NCBI RefSeq assembly: GCF_011045215.1
Contig: NZ_CP049201.1
From: Escherichia coli
GTDB taxonomy: Bacteria > Pseudomonadota > Gammaproteobacteria > Enterobacterales > Enterobacteriaceae
DNA length: 64,000 nt
Strand: one strand, 5' to 3'
The notes under the pieces are model-generated. The model was not told where the DNA came from and searched no databases. It saw nothing but the letters and a program-made list of their open reading frames with translations. Each line of letters starts with the position of its first letter. Within the stretch, counting starts at the first letter, position 1. Below, piece by piece: positions 51,975 to 61,693 of this stretch. A program made the translations under genes and the position numbers.

Positions 51975-53984
51975 ATGCAACTTTACTTGTGTGAAAAACC
52001 GTCACAGGCGCGGGATATTGCCCGGGTGCTGGGGCTCAGCGGGCGGGGAGAGGGCTGTATTGAAGGTGATACTGTCACGGTCACCTGGGCTGTGGGGCAT
52101 CTGCTGGAGCTGGCCGCCCCGGAAGCGTACGGGGAACAGTTCGGGGTTCCCTGGCGTATGGAGTCGCTTCCCGTTCTGCCTGAAAAGTGGCAGATGACGG
52201 TTAAACCGCAGACGAAATCCCAGTTTACGGTGATCAGCCGCCTGCTGAAGCGTGCGTCTGAAGTGGTGATTGCCACGGATGCGGACAGGGAAGGAGAAGT
52301 CATCGCCCGGGAACTGCTGACGTACTGCCGGTACCGGGGGCCAGTCCGTCGGCTGTGGCTGTCTGCCCTGGATGAGGCCAGCGTCCGGGAGGCGCTGGCA
52401 AATATTCTGCCCGGTGAGCAGACGGCCCGTCTGTATGATGCCGGCCTGGCCCGTGGTCAGGCTGACTGGCTGATCGGGATGAACCTGACGCGTCTGTATA
52501 CCCTTAAGGCCCGGGCGTCGGGGATCCAGGATGTGTTGTCCGTCGGAAGGGTACAGACGCCGACACTTGCCATGGTGGTCAGACGGGATCAGGAGATTGC
52601 CGGTTTTGTGCCACGCCCCTGGTGGCAGGTGTTTGTCGGGCTGGAGAAAGACGGGATCCGGTTCCGGGTCGTCTGGGTGGCGGCAGAGCAGTACTGCGAT
52701 GAAGAGAAACGGTGCGTGAACGTTCAGGCGGCCCGGGCTGTTCTTCAGTTGTGTCAGCAGACACCGTCAGCGGTGGTGCATGAGGTGACCCGGAAGTGTG
52801 AAAAAACACCGGCTCCGCTCTGTTTTTCGCTGGGTACACTGCAGGAGGCCTGCTCCCGGAAATTTGGTATGGGAGCGCAGACTGTGCTGAATATCGCGCA
52901 GTCCCTGTATGAGACGCACAAAGCCACGACGTATCCCCGGACGGACTGTGGCTATCTGCCTGAATCCATGCAACAGGAAAGCCGGGAGGTACTGGCGGCG
53001 ATGGCGCGTTCAGACCCGGCCCTGACGCCGGTTCTGGCACAGCTCGATCCCGGTTTTGTTTCACGTATCTGGAATGACAAAAAGATTACGGCACACCATG
53101 CCATTATTCCGACCCGGCAGGTCTTTGATATCAGGGCACTGAGTGAAGATGAACTGAAGGTGTATCAGCTTATCCGCCAGCATTATCTGGCCCAGTTTCT
53201 GCCCCTGCAGGAGTCTGATATTACTGATGCAACACTGACACTCGGCGGGCAACGGTTCAGGGCCCGCGGGAAAGTGAATGTGGTGACGGGCTGGCGAAGC
53301 CTGTTTTCCGGGGAGGCTGCAGAAGTTGCTGAAGGTGAAGATGAACAGACGACGGAAATGGCGTTGCCGGCGCTTGAACGGGGAGAGCACTGCCGGATTA
53401 GCGGTTCAGAACTGAAGGACCGGATGACGTCACCTCCGGCACCTTTTACGGAAGGAACCCTGATTGCCGCCATGAAGAATGCTGCCAGTCAGGTCAGCGA
53501 CCCGAAGCTGAAAAAAGTGCTGCGGGAGAATGCCGGTCTGGGGACGGAGGCCACGCGGGCCGGTGTGCTGGAGGTGTTATTTGCCCGGCAGTATCTGGAG
53601 AAGAGCGGGAAGCATATCCGGTCAACGCAACGGGGCAGGGAACTGACGGCCGCCCTGCCGGAAGCCCTGACCAGTCCGGGCATGACGGCGCTGTGGGAGC
53701 AGGCTCTGGATGATATTGCACAGGGCAGAATGTCACTGGATACCTTTATGGGCAGACAGCAGCAGTGGGTGCGTCATCTGGTCTCATCCGGGCGGGAACA
53801 GCCCTTCAGTATGACGGTTCCGGTGACGCCGCCGTGCCCGCTTTGTCAGGGGCCGACCCGGCAGCGAAAGGGAAAGCACGGACTGTTCCGGAGCTGTCAG
53901 CGGTATCCTGAGTGTAAGGGCGTGGTGAACACGCAGAAAAAGGCCGGGCGACGAAAAAACGCGGGAAAAACTAAAACGGAGTAA
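51975..53984 (+). CDS. topB: DNA topoisomerase III (TopB-like), island-encoded
   Basis: 669-aa ORF: Toprim N-terminus MQLYLCEKPSQARDIARVLG, type IA core, C-terminal zinc ribbons CPLCQG...CQRYPEC. Confidence 0.88.
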   Translation: MQLYLCEKPSQARDIARVLGLSGRGEGCIEGDTVTVTWAVGHLLELAAPEAYGEQFGVPWRMESLPVLPEKWQMTVKPQTKSQFTVISRLLKRASEVVIATDADREGEVIARELLTYCRYRGPVRRLWLSALDEASVREALANILPGEQTARLYDAGLARGQADWLIGMNLTRLYTLKARASGIQDVLSVGRVQTPTLAMVVRRDQEIAGFVPRPWWQVFVGLEKDGIRFRVVWVAAEQYCDEEKRCVNVQAARAVLQLCQQTPSAVVHEVTRKCEKTPAPLCFSLGTLQEACSRKFGMGAQTVLNIAQSLYETHKATTYPRTDCGYLPESMQQESREVLAAMARSDPALTPVLAQLDPGFVSRIWNDKKITAHHAIIPTRQVFDIRALSEDELKVYQLIRQHYLAQFLPLQESDITDATLTLGGQRFRARGKVNVVTGWRSLFSGEAAEVAEGEDEQTTEMALPALERGEHCRISGSELKDRMTSPPAPFTEGTLIAAMKNAASQVSDPKLKKVLRENAGLGTEATRAGVLEVLFARQYLEKSGKHIRSTQRGRELTAALPEALTSPGMTALWEQALDDIAQGRMSLDTFMGRQQQWVRHLVSSGREQPFSMTVPVTPPCPLCQGPTRQRKGKHGLFRSCQRYPECKGVVNTQKKAGRRKNAGKTKTE

Positions 53985-54220
53985 TCTTAATTTCTCCCTG
54001 TTCAGGATCGGGTAGTGTGGTTAAGCTTTGATGTATACCCCCGTTATCAGCGGGAGGCTGGCTCAACGAAAACACAACGGCGTTCAGTCAGCTACTGATA
54101 CCACAACCGGCCATCGCACATCCTGTCGGGTTGTAAGGCGCATGCCCTCCGTGAAAAACGCGCCGGGATTTATCCCCGGAGACAAGTGAGATAACCACCG
54201 GGCTGGTACCCCCCTGTAAC

Positions 54221-54248
54221 GGCGCTGTATTTGCAGCGCCGTTTTTTA
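54221..54248 (+). terminator. Rho-independent terminator-like hairpin
   Basis: ggcgctg-tatttg-cagcgcc followed by gtttttt. Confidence 0.6.
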
Positions 54249-54614
54249 TTCCGGGTTGACTTTCCATGGATGTGTTTTAAAAATAACCGGGCTTATTTGC
54301 TGCATCTGCAGCCAGCCAATGTTTCAGCAGTCTGAGAGAAACGCCTTCGGGTGACTGCCAGCCAACGTTTCACCGGCCTGAGAGAAACACCTTCGGGTGG
54401 CCGGAATATCCTCGTAGCCTGAAAGAGGATGCCTGTGGGCGGTACATCCGTTTAACCTCTGGAAACGGATATCACTGTTCAGTGATTGAGGTCTTTTTAC
54501 TTCTCAGACAGCCGGAATTCAGCTGATCCGGCATCCCCGACGGGAACATTCACTTCCGTCAGGGATGGTGATGTTCTCCGTCATCACATTTTTTAACTCC
54601 ATGGAGAAATCATC

Positions 54615-55070
54615 ATGTCTGTAAATACTGCTAAAACTGAATACTTTAATCTGACCCTGAAAGGTCTGGGGTATCTCAGTAATGTACGTCAGGTGAATCA
54701 CCAGAACGGCTCGTTTCTCAGCTGTGTGGTGAATGCGCTGAGCGGACCCACGGACAGCCCGTCCTACGTCCGTTTTGATGTCACGGTTGCCGGTAAAGAG
54801 GCGACTGCCCTGATTGCCCGCTGCCAGAAGGCGGTGGATGAAGATCGCAAGGTGCTGCTTGGCTTCACGCTGAGCAACCTGTCCACTGACATCTTCACTC
54901 TGAACAAGGGAGAGCATGCCGGTGAACAACGCGTCAGCCTGAAGGCCCGCCTGATCAAGGTGGACTGGATCAAGATAGGCCAGGAGATGGTTTACAAGGC
55001 TGAAAAATCAGACTCCCAGCCGCCGCAAAACGGCACCATGCAACAGCAATACGCAGAAAACTCTTTCTGA
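54615..55070 (+). CDS. ICE-associated protein (151 aa; resembles the SPI-7 STY4534-type family)
   Basis: ATG preceded by ggaga; conserved position between topB and ssb; family assignment from memory. Confidence 0.55.
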   Translation: MSVNTAKTEYFNLTLKGLGYLSNVRQVNHQNGSFLSCVVNALSGPTDSPSYVRFDVTVAGKEATALIARCQKAVDEDRKVLLGFTLSNLSTDIFTLNKGEHAGEQRVSLKARLIKVDWIKIGQEMVYKAEKSDSQPPQNGTMQQQYAENSF

Positions 55071-55160
55071 TCGTACTTTTCTCAACCGTCCTGATGAAAA
55101 CAGACTGCCTCATCAGGGCGGTCTGTTTTCTTATTGTCTTTATCTTTAAGGAAACTTCTT

Positions 55161-55364
55161 ATGCAACAGCCAAATGGCATGCTGGCCGCACAGGCCGGCT
55201 ATACGTTACCCCTTCAGGTTCTCCGCAGCGTACGTGGTTATTATATTGGTACTCAGTGTGATGAGGGACCGGTGTCCCGCGAATCCGTGGAGTATTACAG
55301 AGACCATGAGCAGGCGGCACAGGCGCTGGAAAGCGGCACCTGGACGCAGCGGACGTGTGCGTGA
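55161..55364 (+). CDS. Hypothetical small protein (67 aa)
   Basis: ATG 55161 preceded by aagga; directly upstream of ssb. Confidence 0.4.
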   Translation: MQQPNGMLAAQAGYTLPLQVLRSVRGYYIGTQCDEGPVSRESVEYYRDHEQAAQALESGTWTQRTCA

Positions 55365-55379
55365 GGATGAGGAGGCTAT

Positions 55380-55913
55380 ATGGCATCACGCGGTATTAAT
55401 AAGGTGATACTGATAGGACATCTTGGACAGGATCCGGAGATTCGTTATCTTCCCAATGGCGGAGCCGTGGCGAACCTGACCCTGGCCACCAGTGAATCCT
55501 GGCGTGATAAACAGAGCGGTGAAATGAAGGAGCAGACCGAGTGGCACCGCGTGGTGATTTTCGGAAAACTGGCGGAGATAGCCGGTGAATACCTGCGTAA
55601 GGGTTCACAGGTGTACATCGAGGGCCAGTTAAAGACCCGGAAGTGGTTCGATCAGCAGAATGGTGTTGATCGCTACGCAACGGAAGTGGTGGTGAGTGTC
55701 AACGGCACCCTGCAGATGCTGGGCTCTCCGCGCCAGCAGGCCAGTGGTGCCGCACCCGTACACAGCGGTCAGGGAACTGCCGGTGCGCCGGCGGGTAACT
55801 CACCGTCACCGGCTTCCGGGAACGGCGGGGGAATGCCGATGGATTTTGACGACGACATTCCCTTCAGTGGACCGGGATATGGCGCTGAACGGCGGATTAT
55901 CCATGCCATGTAA
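55380..55913 (+). CDS. ssb: Single-stranded DNA-binding protein (island-encoded SSB)
   Basis: OB-fold N-terminus [44 protein letters not shown], Gly/Pro-rich linker, acidic tail DFDDDIPF. Confidence 0.92.
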   Translation: MASRGINKVILIGHLGQDPEIRYLPNGGAVANLTLATSESWRDKQSGEMKEQTEWHRVVIFGKLAEIAGEYLRKGSQVYIEGQLKTRKWFDQQNGVDRYATEVVVSVNGTLQMLGSPRQQASGAAPVHSGQGTAGAPAGNSPSPASGNGGGMPMDFDDDIPFSGPGYGAERRIIHAM

Positions 55914-55961
55914 TGTTAACCCCGGGGGCATCACTGCCCCCATTTTTACCAAGGAGGTATC

Positions 55962-56894
55962 GTGAGTGAAAAAAATCATACCACCCCCACGCCACACGAT
56001 GCGGCGTTCAGGGCGATGATGGAAACCCCTTCGGTTGCAAGGGATTTTCTGGAGGCTGCGTTGCCGCCGGCACAGTTACAGCGGTGCGATATGAACACCC
56101 TGAAGCTGGAGCCGGCCACGTTTGTGGATCCGGATTTGCGTCAGTATGCCAGTGACGTTCTGTGGAGCATGAAAACCACCGACGGGCGTGATGGTTACAT
56201 CTACGCGCTGACGGAACATCAGAGCTCTGCGGATCGTTTTATGGCCCTGCGCATGATGCATTATGTGCTGGCGATAATGTATCGTCACCTGAAAACGCAT
56301 AATCAGGCCCCCGTTGTGATCCCGGTGCTTTTTTATCACGGTGAACCCAGTCCGTATCCGTACAGCCTGAACTGGCTGGACTGTCTGGACGATCCGGCGC
56401 TTGGTCGTGAGCTTTACGGCGAAGGAAAGCCGCCCCGCGTCATTGATGTGGGTCTTCTTGATGATGAGGGTATCCGTCACTATCAGCAGATGGCGGCCCT
56501 GATGCTTCTGATGAAGGTCCGTCAGCGGAAGGGCGATCTGATGACGCAGCTTGACTTTCTGTCACAGTTGCTTCAGATACAGGGAACACACGATCAGGTG
56601 GTGGTTCTGTTAAACTATATGGTGAAGGCGTGCGATTCGGCTTCACCGGAATTTATACGGGTGATGGCAGAACATCTGCCCCGGTATGAGGATGATATTA
56701 TGACTATCGCTGAACGACTTGAACTGGCGGGTATCGAAAAAGGTATCGAAAAAGGCCGTCAGGAAGAGAGAGAAAAGGCGCTTGAGAAGACGCTTGAGGC
56801 TGCCCGTCGGATGCAGAAGATGGGGATGTCGCCTGAGAGTATTCAGGAGATCCTGCAGCTTTCTGATGACGAGCTGCGGAAAGCGCTCGGTTAA
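55962..56894 (+). CDS. Rpn-family (YhgA-like) PD-(D/E)XK recombination-promoting nuclease / putative transposase
   Basis: N-terminus TPHDAAFRAMMETPSVARDFL...YASDVLWSMKT...YIYALTEHQS resembles E. coli RpnA-E; C-terminal helical domain. Confidence 0.75.
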   Translation: MSEKNHTTPTPHDAAFRAMMETPSVARDFLEAALPPAQLQRCDMNTLKLEPATFVDPDLRQYASDVLWSMKTTDGRDGYIYALTEHQSSADRFMALRMMHYVLAIMYRHLKTHNQAPVVIPVLFYHGEPSPYPYSLNWLDCLDDPALGRELYGEGKPPRVIDVGLLDDEGIRHYQQMAALMLLMKVRQRKGDLMTQLDFLSQLLQIQGTHDQVVVLLNYMVKACDSASPEFIRVMAEHLPRYEDDIMTIAERLELAGIEKGIEKGRQEEREKALEKTLEAARRMQKMGMSPESIQEILQLSDDELRKALG

Positions 56895-56963
56895 TCCGTT
56901 TCCGTGTTATCACGGGGCGGGGTGTGGCTGATATGAGAGGCCACTTTCCGCATAATCAACATC

Positions 56964-56992
56964 ACGCCAGCTTTTACGCTGGCGTTTTTTTT
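56964..56992 (+). terminator. Rho-independent terminator downstream of the rpn-like gene
   Basis: acgccagc-tttt-acgctggcgt hairpin followed by an 8-T run. Confidence 0.8.
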
Positions 56993-57079
56993 GTTTACTG
57001 ATAATGAGTTGTTCGTTGAGCCTGCCGGCGCTTCTTTGCACAGTGACCGCTGTTTTATCACTGCAGAGGAGTTATCCGG

Positions 57080-57682
57080 ATGAAGATGCAACCCGGGATC
57101 TTATTTTCCCTGGTTACCCTGGCCCTGCTGGCCGGGTGTAACAGCCCACAAAAACTTCAGCAACGTGCGCCGGCCACGCCGGTACCTTCCGTCAGCGTTT
57201 CCCGCAATGTACAGCCGGTGTCACAGGATATTTATGCGCAGCCGGCACCGGAGGTGGTGCGTTACGACCGTTACCTGCTGGTCAGCACGGCACCGCAGGC
57301 CGCGCAGCGTGACCCGCTTTCCCAGGTGATTGATATCCGTATTCCGGCGTCGTTAAAGCCCACCGTGGCTGATGCCATGCGTTATGCCCTGAAACAGTCC
57401 GGTTACACGCTGTGTGTCACCGGGCCGGCCAATGGTGTGTTGTACCGCCAGCCCCTGCCCGCCGTGCAGTATCAGCAGGGACCGGTGCGACTGCGTACGG
57501 CCCTGCAGGTGATGGCGGGACCGGCCTGGCAACTGGAGGTGGATGACGTTCAGCGTGTGGTCTGCCACAGCCTGCGGGCGGGGTATCAGTTACCGGCAGG
57601 CCAGCTGGCACCCGTGTCGGTTTCCCCGGTAATCACGGCCCCGGTGGTGCAACCGGTTAAGGGAGGCTTCCTGAAAAAATGA
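57080..57682 (+). CDS. PilL-like conjugative-transfer lipoprotein
   Basis: Lipoprotein signal MKMQPGILFSLVTLALLAGC; position and size match ICE pilL-type genes. Confidence 0.6.
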   Translation: MKMQPGILFSLVTLALLAGCNSPQKLQQRAPATPVPSVSVSRNVQPVSQDIYAQPAPEVVRYDRYLLVSTAPQAAQRDPLSQVIDIRIPASLKPTVADAMRYALKQSGYTLCVTGPANGVLYRQPLPAVQYQQGPVRLRTALQVMAGPAWQLEVDDVQRVVCHSLRAGYQLPAGQLAPVSVSPVITAPVVQPVKGGFLKK

Positions 57683-58452
57683 GCAAACAACAGGAGATGA
57701 TGACACCTGTTCCGGCAGATAACCCCACAACACGCCGGTGTTCACTTCTGCGGGGTGTGGCAGTCGGCTCCCTGATCCTGCTGGTTATGGTGGCGGGCAT
57801 GGCGCTGTATCTGACAGGGCGCGGCATGCTGGCGATGGATACCCGCCTGGCAACACTGGAACAACAGCAGGGGGAGCGTCTGACACCGGCGGCGCTGGCC
57901 CCGTTACAGTCACGACTGAGTGAACTGGAGACGAAGCTGCAGACGGAGAGTGCGCGTCTGGCGCAGCTGGCCCGGCAGCCCGTTCTGACGGAGGTTCAGC
58001 AGACGCAGCTTAATGGACTGCCGGCGTCCCTTGAGCAGATTCAGGCGGCACAGAAGGCCCTTTTCCTGCGGCTGGACACACTGGCGGCACTGGCAGAGAA
58101 GTCACAGTCCCGGGCGGTTCAGTCCGAATCCCCCTCTGCTTCCGGTACTGAGAAAAAGGACGTATCCGGAACGAAAGAACCCTCTCCGGTGGTACAGAAA
58201 ATCGCCCGCCCTGCAACGGCACGCTCAGGTACGTCACACACCTCCCGTTACGCACCGTTTGTGCTGACCGGCACCGAGCGCCGGGGGGCGCTGTCATATG
58301 CGGCGGTGGCACCCCGGGGATATACCAGCCTGTCGCAGGTGGCACTGCTCGGGGAAGGTGAGAGTGTGGCCGGCTGGACACTGATTCATGCCGGTCACGA
58401 ACAGGCGACGTTCCGGGTGAACGGACGTCCGGTACAGGTCAGGGTGGAGTGA
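57679..58452 (+). CDS. ICE conjugation-module protein, single-pass membrane with coiled-coil
   Basis: N-terminal TM helix VAVGSLILLVMVAGMALYL; translationally coupled to the pilL-like gene. Confidence 0.5.
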   Translation: MSKQQEMMTPVPADNPTTRRCSLLRGVAVGSLILLVMVAGMALYLTGRGMLAMDTRLATLEQQQGERLTPAALAPLQSRLSELETKLQTESARLAQLARQPVLTEVQQTQLNGLPASLEQIQAAQKALFLRLDTLAALAEKSQSRAVQSESPSASGTEKKDVSGTKEPSPVVQKIARPATARSGTSHTSRYAPFVLTGTERRGALSYAAVAPRGYTSLSQVALLGEGESVAGWTLIHAGHEQATFRVNGRPVQVRVE

Positions 58453-59178
58453 GTGAAGATGAGACTGAAATCCCTGTTACTGGTGATGCTGATACCTGCA
58501 CTGGCGCAGGCTGCAGACCAGAACACGACCGGGACGGACGCGTCCCGCACGGATACGTCACAGCATACGCAGAGCACCACGCAGTCGCTGCAACAGCAGG
58601 CTGGCCGGTGGGGACTGAGTGAGGAGGACTGGGGGCGTTATCAGGAACTGATGGCGGGACCCCGCGGGATACAGTCGCCGGGTCTGGACCCGCTGACAGC
58701 ACTGGGTATTGAGGCCCGTACACCGGCTGAACGCCGTGCATATGCCGAAAAGTGGGTGAAGGAAGAGTATGCCCGTACGGAGAAGGAGCTGGCTTTTCAG
58801 CGGGAGGTTGATGCGGCATGGCAGCGTCTTTATCCCGGAAAGCTGCCGGTCAGTATGGGCAATACCGGTATTCTGACCGGGGACACCGGAGGCAGACTGG
58901 CGCTGTTTGTGAAGGCGAAGGACTGTGCGTCCTGTGATATCCGCCTGAGTAAGGTGCTGGCATCCGGTAAGCCGGTGGATATTTATCTGGTGGACAGTCA
59001 GGGGAAAGACGGAGTGCTTCGTCAGTGGGCACGTGAGCACAACATCCCACCAGAGAAGGTCCGCAGCCGGCATATCACCCTGAACCATGATGCGGGGCGC
59101 TGGCTGCGTTTTGGTGAGGGACAGATGCCGGTGGTACTGCAGCAGGGGGCAGACGGATGGCGCGTGGCTGCATTCTGA
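58453..59178 (+). CDS. Exported ICE conjugation-module protein with a CxxC motif
   Basis: Signal peptide MKMRLKSLLLVMLIPALAQA; contains CASC. Confidence 0.5.
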   Translation: MKMRLKSLLLVMLIPALAQAADQNTTGTDASRTDTSQHTQSTTQSLQQQAGRWGLSEEDWGRYQELMAGPRGIQSPGLDPLTALGIEARTPAERRAYAEKWVKEEYARTEKELAFQREVDAAWQRLYPGKLPVSMGNTGILTGDTGGRLALFVKAKDCASCDIRLSKVLASGKPVDIYLVDSQGKDGVLRQWAREHNIPPEKVRSRHITLNHDAGRWLRFGEGQMPVVLQQGADGWRVAAF

Positions 59179-59819
59179 GTCTTCTGCTGATGACGGGCAT
59201 GTGTCAGGCCGTTGCGCAGACCATTCCGGACGGCTATGTGCAGGTGGCCCGTGCACATGGGATTCCGGCAGAAGTGCTGTATGCCGTCTCCCTGACAGAG
59301 ACCGCCATGGCACCCGGGGATGTGGCCGGCGTCATGCAGTATTCCCGCCGCGACGGGCGTCTGCCGGATGTCTCCCGCCCCTGGCCCTGGACACTCAATG
59401 TGGCCGGGAAGGGGTACCGTTATGCCAGCCGTCTGGAGGCCTGGCAGGCACTGCAGGTGTTTCTGAAACGTTATCCGGCCAGACGCATTGATGTCGGGAT
59501 AGCGCAGGTCAATCTGGGGTGGAATGGTCATCGCTTCCCGTCAACATGGGCGGCCTTTGACCCGTACATCAGTCTTGAGACGGCGGCGGTCATTCTGCAG
59601 GAGTGCCGTCAGCGCCATCCCGACAGCTGGCTGAAGACAGCCGGTTGTTATCACCATCCTGCCGGTGGAAAGCCGGCCGCCCGTTACACCGCTGTGGTCA
59701 GACGTCATCTGGACCGGCTGTATGTCCGGTCAGCAACAACAGGTATGACGTCACGGCAGACAGCCATGCTGGCACCGGCTGCGGATTATATCTGGACAGA
59801 GCCCCGGAGGCGCGAATGA
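59157..59819 (+). CDS. Lytic transglycosylase (SLT domain), conjugation-associated
   Basis: Signal peptide, motifs AVSLTETAM and VGIAQVN typical of SLT domains. Confidence 0.6.
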   Translation: MARGCILSLLLMTGMCQAVAQTIPDGYVQVARAHGIPAEVLYAVSLTETAMAPGDVAGVMQYSRRDGRLPDVSRPWPWTLNVAGKGYRYASRLEAWQALQVFLKRYPARRIDVGIAQVNLGWNGHRFPSTWAAFDPYISLETAAVILQECRQRHPDSWLKTAGCYHHPAGGKPAARYTAVVRRHLDRLYVRSATTGMTSRQTAMLAPAADYIWTEPRRRE

Positions 59820-60343
59820 ACAGACTGAAACGGATTATCCCTTTTACTTTTCCTGTATGGCTTCTGTTTTCAGCGAACGTCAGTGCTGAACTGACGGTGA
59901 TTGCTGACCTGGGCGGCAGGGATGCTGCTCCTTTTTTTGAGGGTATCAACCGGCAGGCACCGGCTTCTGCTCCGGTTGTTTCACCACCGCCTCTTCTGCA
60001 GGGGGAAGCCGCGATGCTGCCGGTCAGCACACCTGAAATGTCACCCGGCGAGGTGACACCACGCCCGCTTCAGCTACCGGGCATCGGTGCACTTTTCCTT
60101 GTGGGGGATGATGCGTATTCCCGCGAGTGGCTGCAGAAAAATGCTGCTGCGCTCCGGGCGCGCCATGCCGTCGGGATGGTGGTGAATGTGGCTGATGAAA
60201 ACGGCCTGCGCACGCTGCGTGAACTGGCCCCCGGCGTGGCGATGGCACCGGCATCCGGTTCTGCGCTGGCCCGCCGGTTACAGCTGAAGTCTTACCCGGT
60301 ACTGATAACGGACAACGGGCTGTCACAGGAGGTGGTGCCATGA
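59816..60343 (+). CDS. Exported ICE conjugation-module protein
   Basis: Signal peptide MNRLKRIIPFTFPVWLLFSANVSA; overlapping start/stop with neighbours; the track ORF start 59603 is an upstream extension. Confidence 0.5.
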   Translation: MNRLKRIIPFTFPVWLLFSANVSAELTVIADLGGRDAAPFFEGINRQAPASAPVVSPPPLLQGEAAMLPVSTPEMSPGEVTPRPLQLPGIGALFLVGDDAYSREWLQKNAAALRARHAVGMVVNVADENGLRTLRELAPGVAMAPASGSALARRLQLKSYPVLITDNGLSQEVVP

Positions 60344-60945
60344 TGCCGGCACCAGTGATAACCGCAGCCCTGCTGGTCAGCCCGGTGCTGATGGCCTGTC
60401 TGATGCTCTGCCTGCTGACCGTGTTGCTGATGCTCATTCTGCGGGAATGTCGACGGAAACGGGGAGGTGTCCGGAACCGTCGCCATCAGCGTTACCGTGC
60501 CACCGCCGCCCGGGTACTGGGCAGACTGAAGACGCTGCCGGGGGATGCGCATCGTCTGAAGTATCTGCGCAAAATCAACCCGTATGTCTTCGAAGAATTG
60601 CTGTTACTGGCCCTGAAGCAGCAGGGGATGACGGTTATCCACAATCCCTGCTACAGCGGTGATGGTGGTCTGGACGGACAGGTGATGATTAACGGTGAGC
60701 GCTGGCTGATACAGGCAAAGCGCTACGGACGGACCATCCGCCCGGCACATATTGATGCCTTCGGGGAACTGCTGCGCCGGGAGGGCTGCCGGGGGTTTTT
60801 TATTCATACCGGCCGTACGGGGCCGGCCAGCCGGGCCAGGCTGACACTGTGGCCGGATATCGAACTGGTCAGCGGGCAGCGTCTGCTGAAACTGCTGAAC
60901 GGAACATTACTGACAGATGAACTTACCAGAGGGGAGCGGAGATGA
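60340..60945 (+). CDS. Membrane-anchored protein with Mrr-like restriction-endonuclease catalytic domain
   Basis: N-terminal TM helix, basic stretch, then PD-(D/E)XK-like GDGGLDGQVMINGERWLIQAKRY. Confidence 0.5.
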   Translation: MMPAPVITAALLVSPVLMACLMLCLLTVLLMLILRECRRKRGGVRNRRHQRYRATAARVLGRLKTLPGDAHRLKYLRKINPYVFEELLLLALKQQGMTVIHNPCYSGDGGLDGQVMINGERWLIQAKRYGRTIRPAHIDAFGELLRREGCRGFFIHTGRTGPASRARLTLWPDIELVSGQRLLKLLNGTLLTDELTRGERR

Positions 60946-61454
60946 TGACGGTAAAACGGATGTTTATGCTTTTATTCAGAGTGGTGATTGTCTGGCCGGC
61001 CATGCTGACGGGATGCCTGATGATGCTGTATTTCGCAGAGGTTGCCAGCGGTGGTGTGACAGGGCTGGCGCAGCGTTATGAGGCGGAGTCTGCCCGCTGG
61101 CGTGATGCGCCGGAAGGGGCGGTGATGATGCTCCGGTGTCCGTCGCGTCCCTTTGTGGTGCCGGTAACAACCGGGGAGTGGCGTGCACTGTCCGCCACTG
61201 ATGCAGAATGCCTCCGGGCACCGCGCTCTTTCAGGCAGGCTGCGGAGGCAGATTTTCAGTCACTGCACATACTGGCGCTGACACTGCTGCTGGCATCCGT
61301 GGTTCTGGAAGGCATTTCGGCCGGCATGTTGCGCCGGAAAACCGCATCCGTACCGGTATCACCACACTGTGGATGTGGCCGGGGCCGTGGTGCGGTTGCA
61401 CACTGGCCTGAGCGTGACAGTGATGCGACATCACAGAAGGGAGGCCCGGTATGA
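60942..61454 (+). CDS. ICE integral membrane protein
   Basis: Hydrophobic N-terminus MMTVKRMFMLLFRVVIVWPAMLTGCLMMLYF; coupled to the previous gene. Confidence 0.5.
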   Translation: MMTVKRMFMLLFRVVIVWPAMLTGCLMMLYFAEVASGGVTGLAQRYEAESARWRDAPEGAVMMLRCPSRPFVVPVTTGEWRALSATDAECLRAPRSFRQAAEADFQSLHILALTLLLASVVLEGISAGMLRRKTASVPVSPHCGCGRGRGAVAHWPERDSDATSQKGGPV

Positions 61455-61469
61455 CCGTTTCACTGCTGG

Positions 61470-61625
61470 CCCGTGTGCAGGCAAATGTTCCTTGCAAAAT
61501 GGCATCTGAATCGATCGCAGTTTGGCATTCGAATCGATCATGATTTGGCATCCATCTCCGATCACAGTTTGGCATCACAATCGATCACGATTTGGCATAC
61601 TTCCGATCATTGATTGGAATTCGCC
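61470..61625. repeat. IS21-family terminal region with multiple direct repeats (putative transposase binding sites)
   Basis: Five copies of tttggcat-N8-10-gatc(a/g) immediately upstream of istA. Confidence 0.7.
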
Positions 61626-61693
61626 AGTCACTCCGGGAATTAACTCTTTTCACCACAGTCTCCATTGCCGTGTTTAAACCAGTGGAGACGTCA

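Noticed and set aside
52579-53473. Several minus-strand ORFs (52579-53064, 53061-53390, 53183-53473)
   Set aside because: All lie within the topB coding region on the opposite strand; typical GC-rich shadow frames
54519-54929. 136-aa minus-strand ORF
   Set aside because: Overlaps the better-supported plus-strand gene 54615-55070 (RBS, conserved position between topB and ssb)
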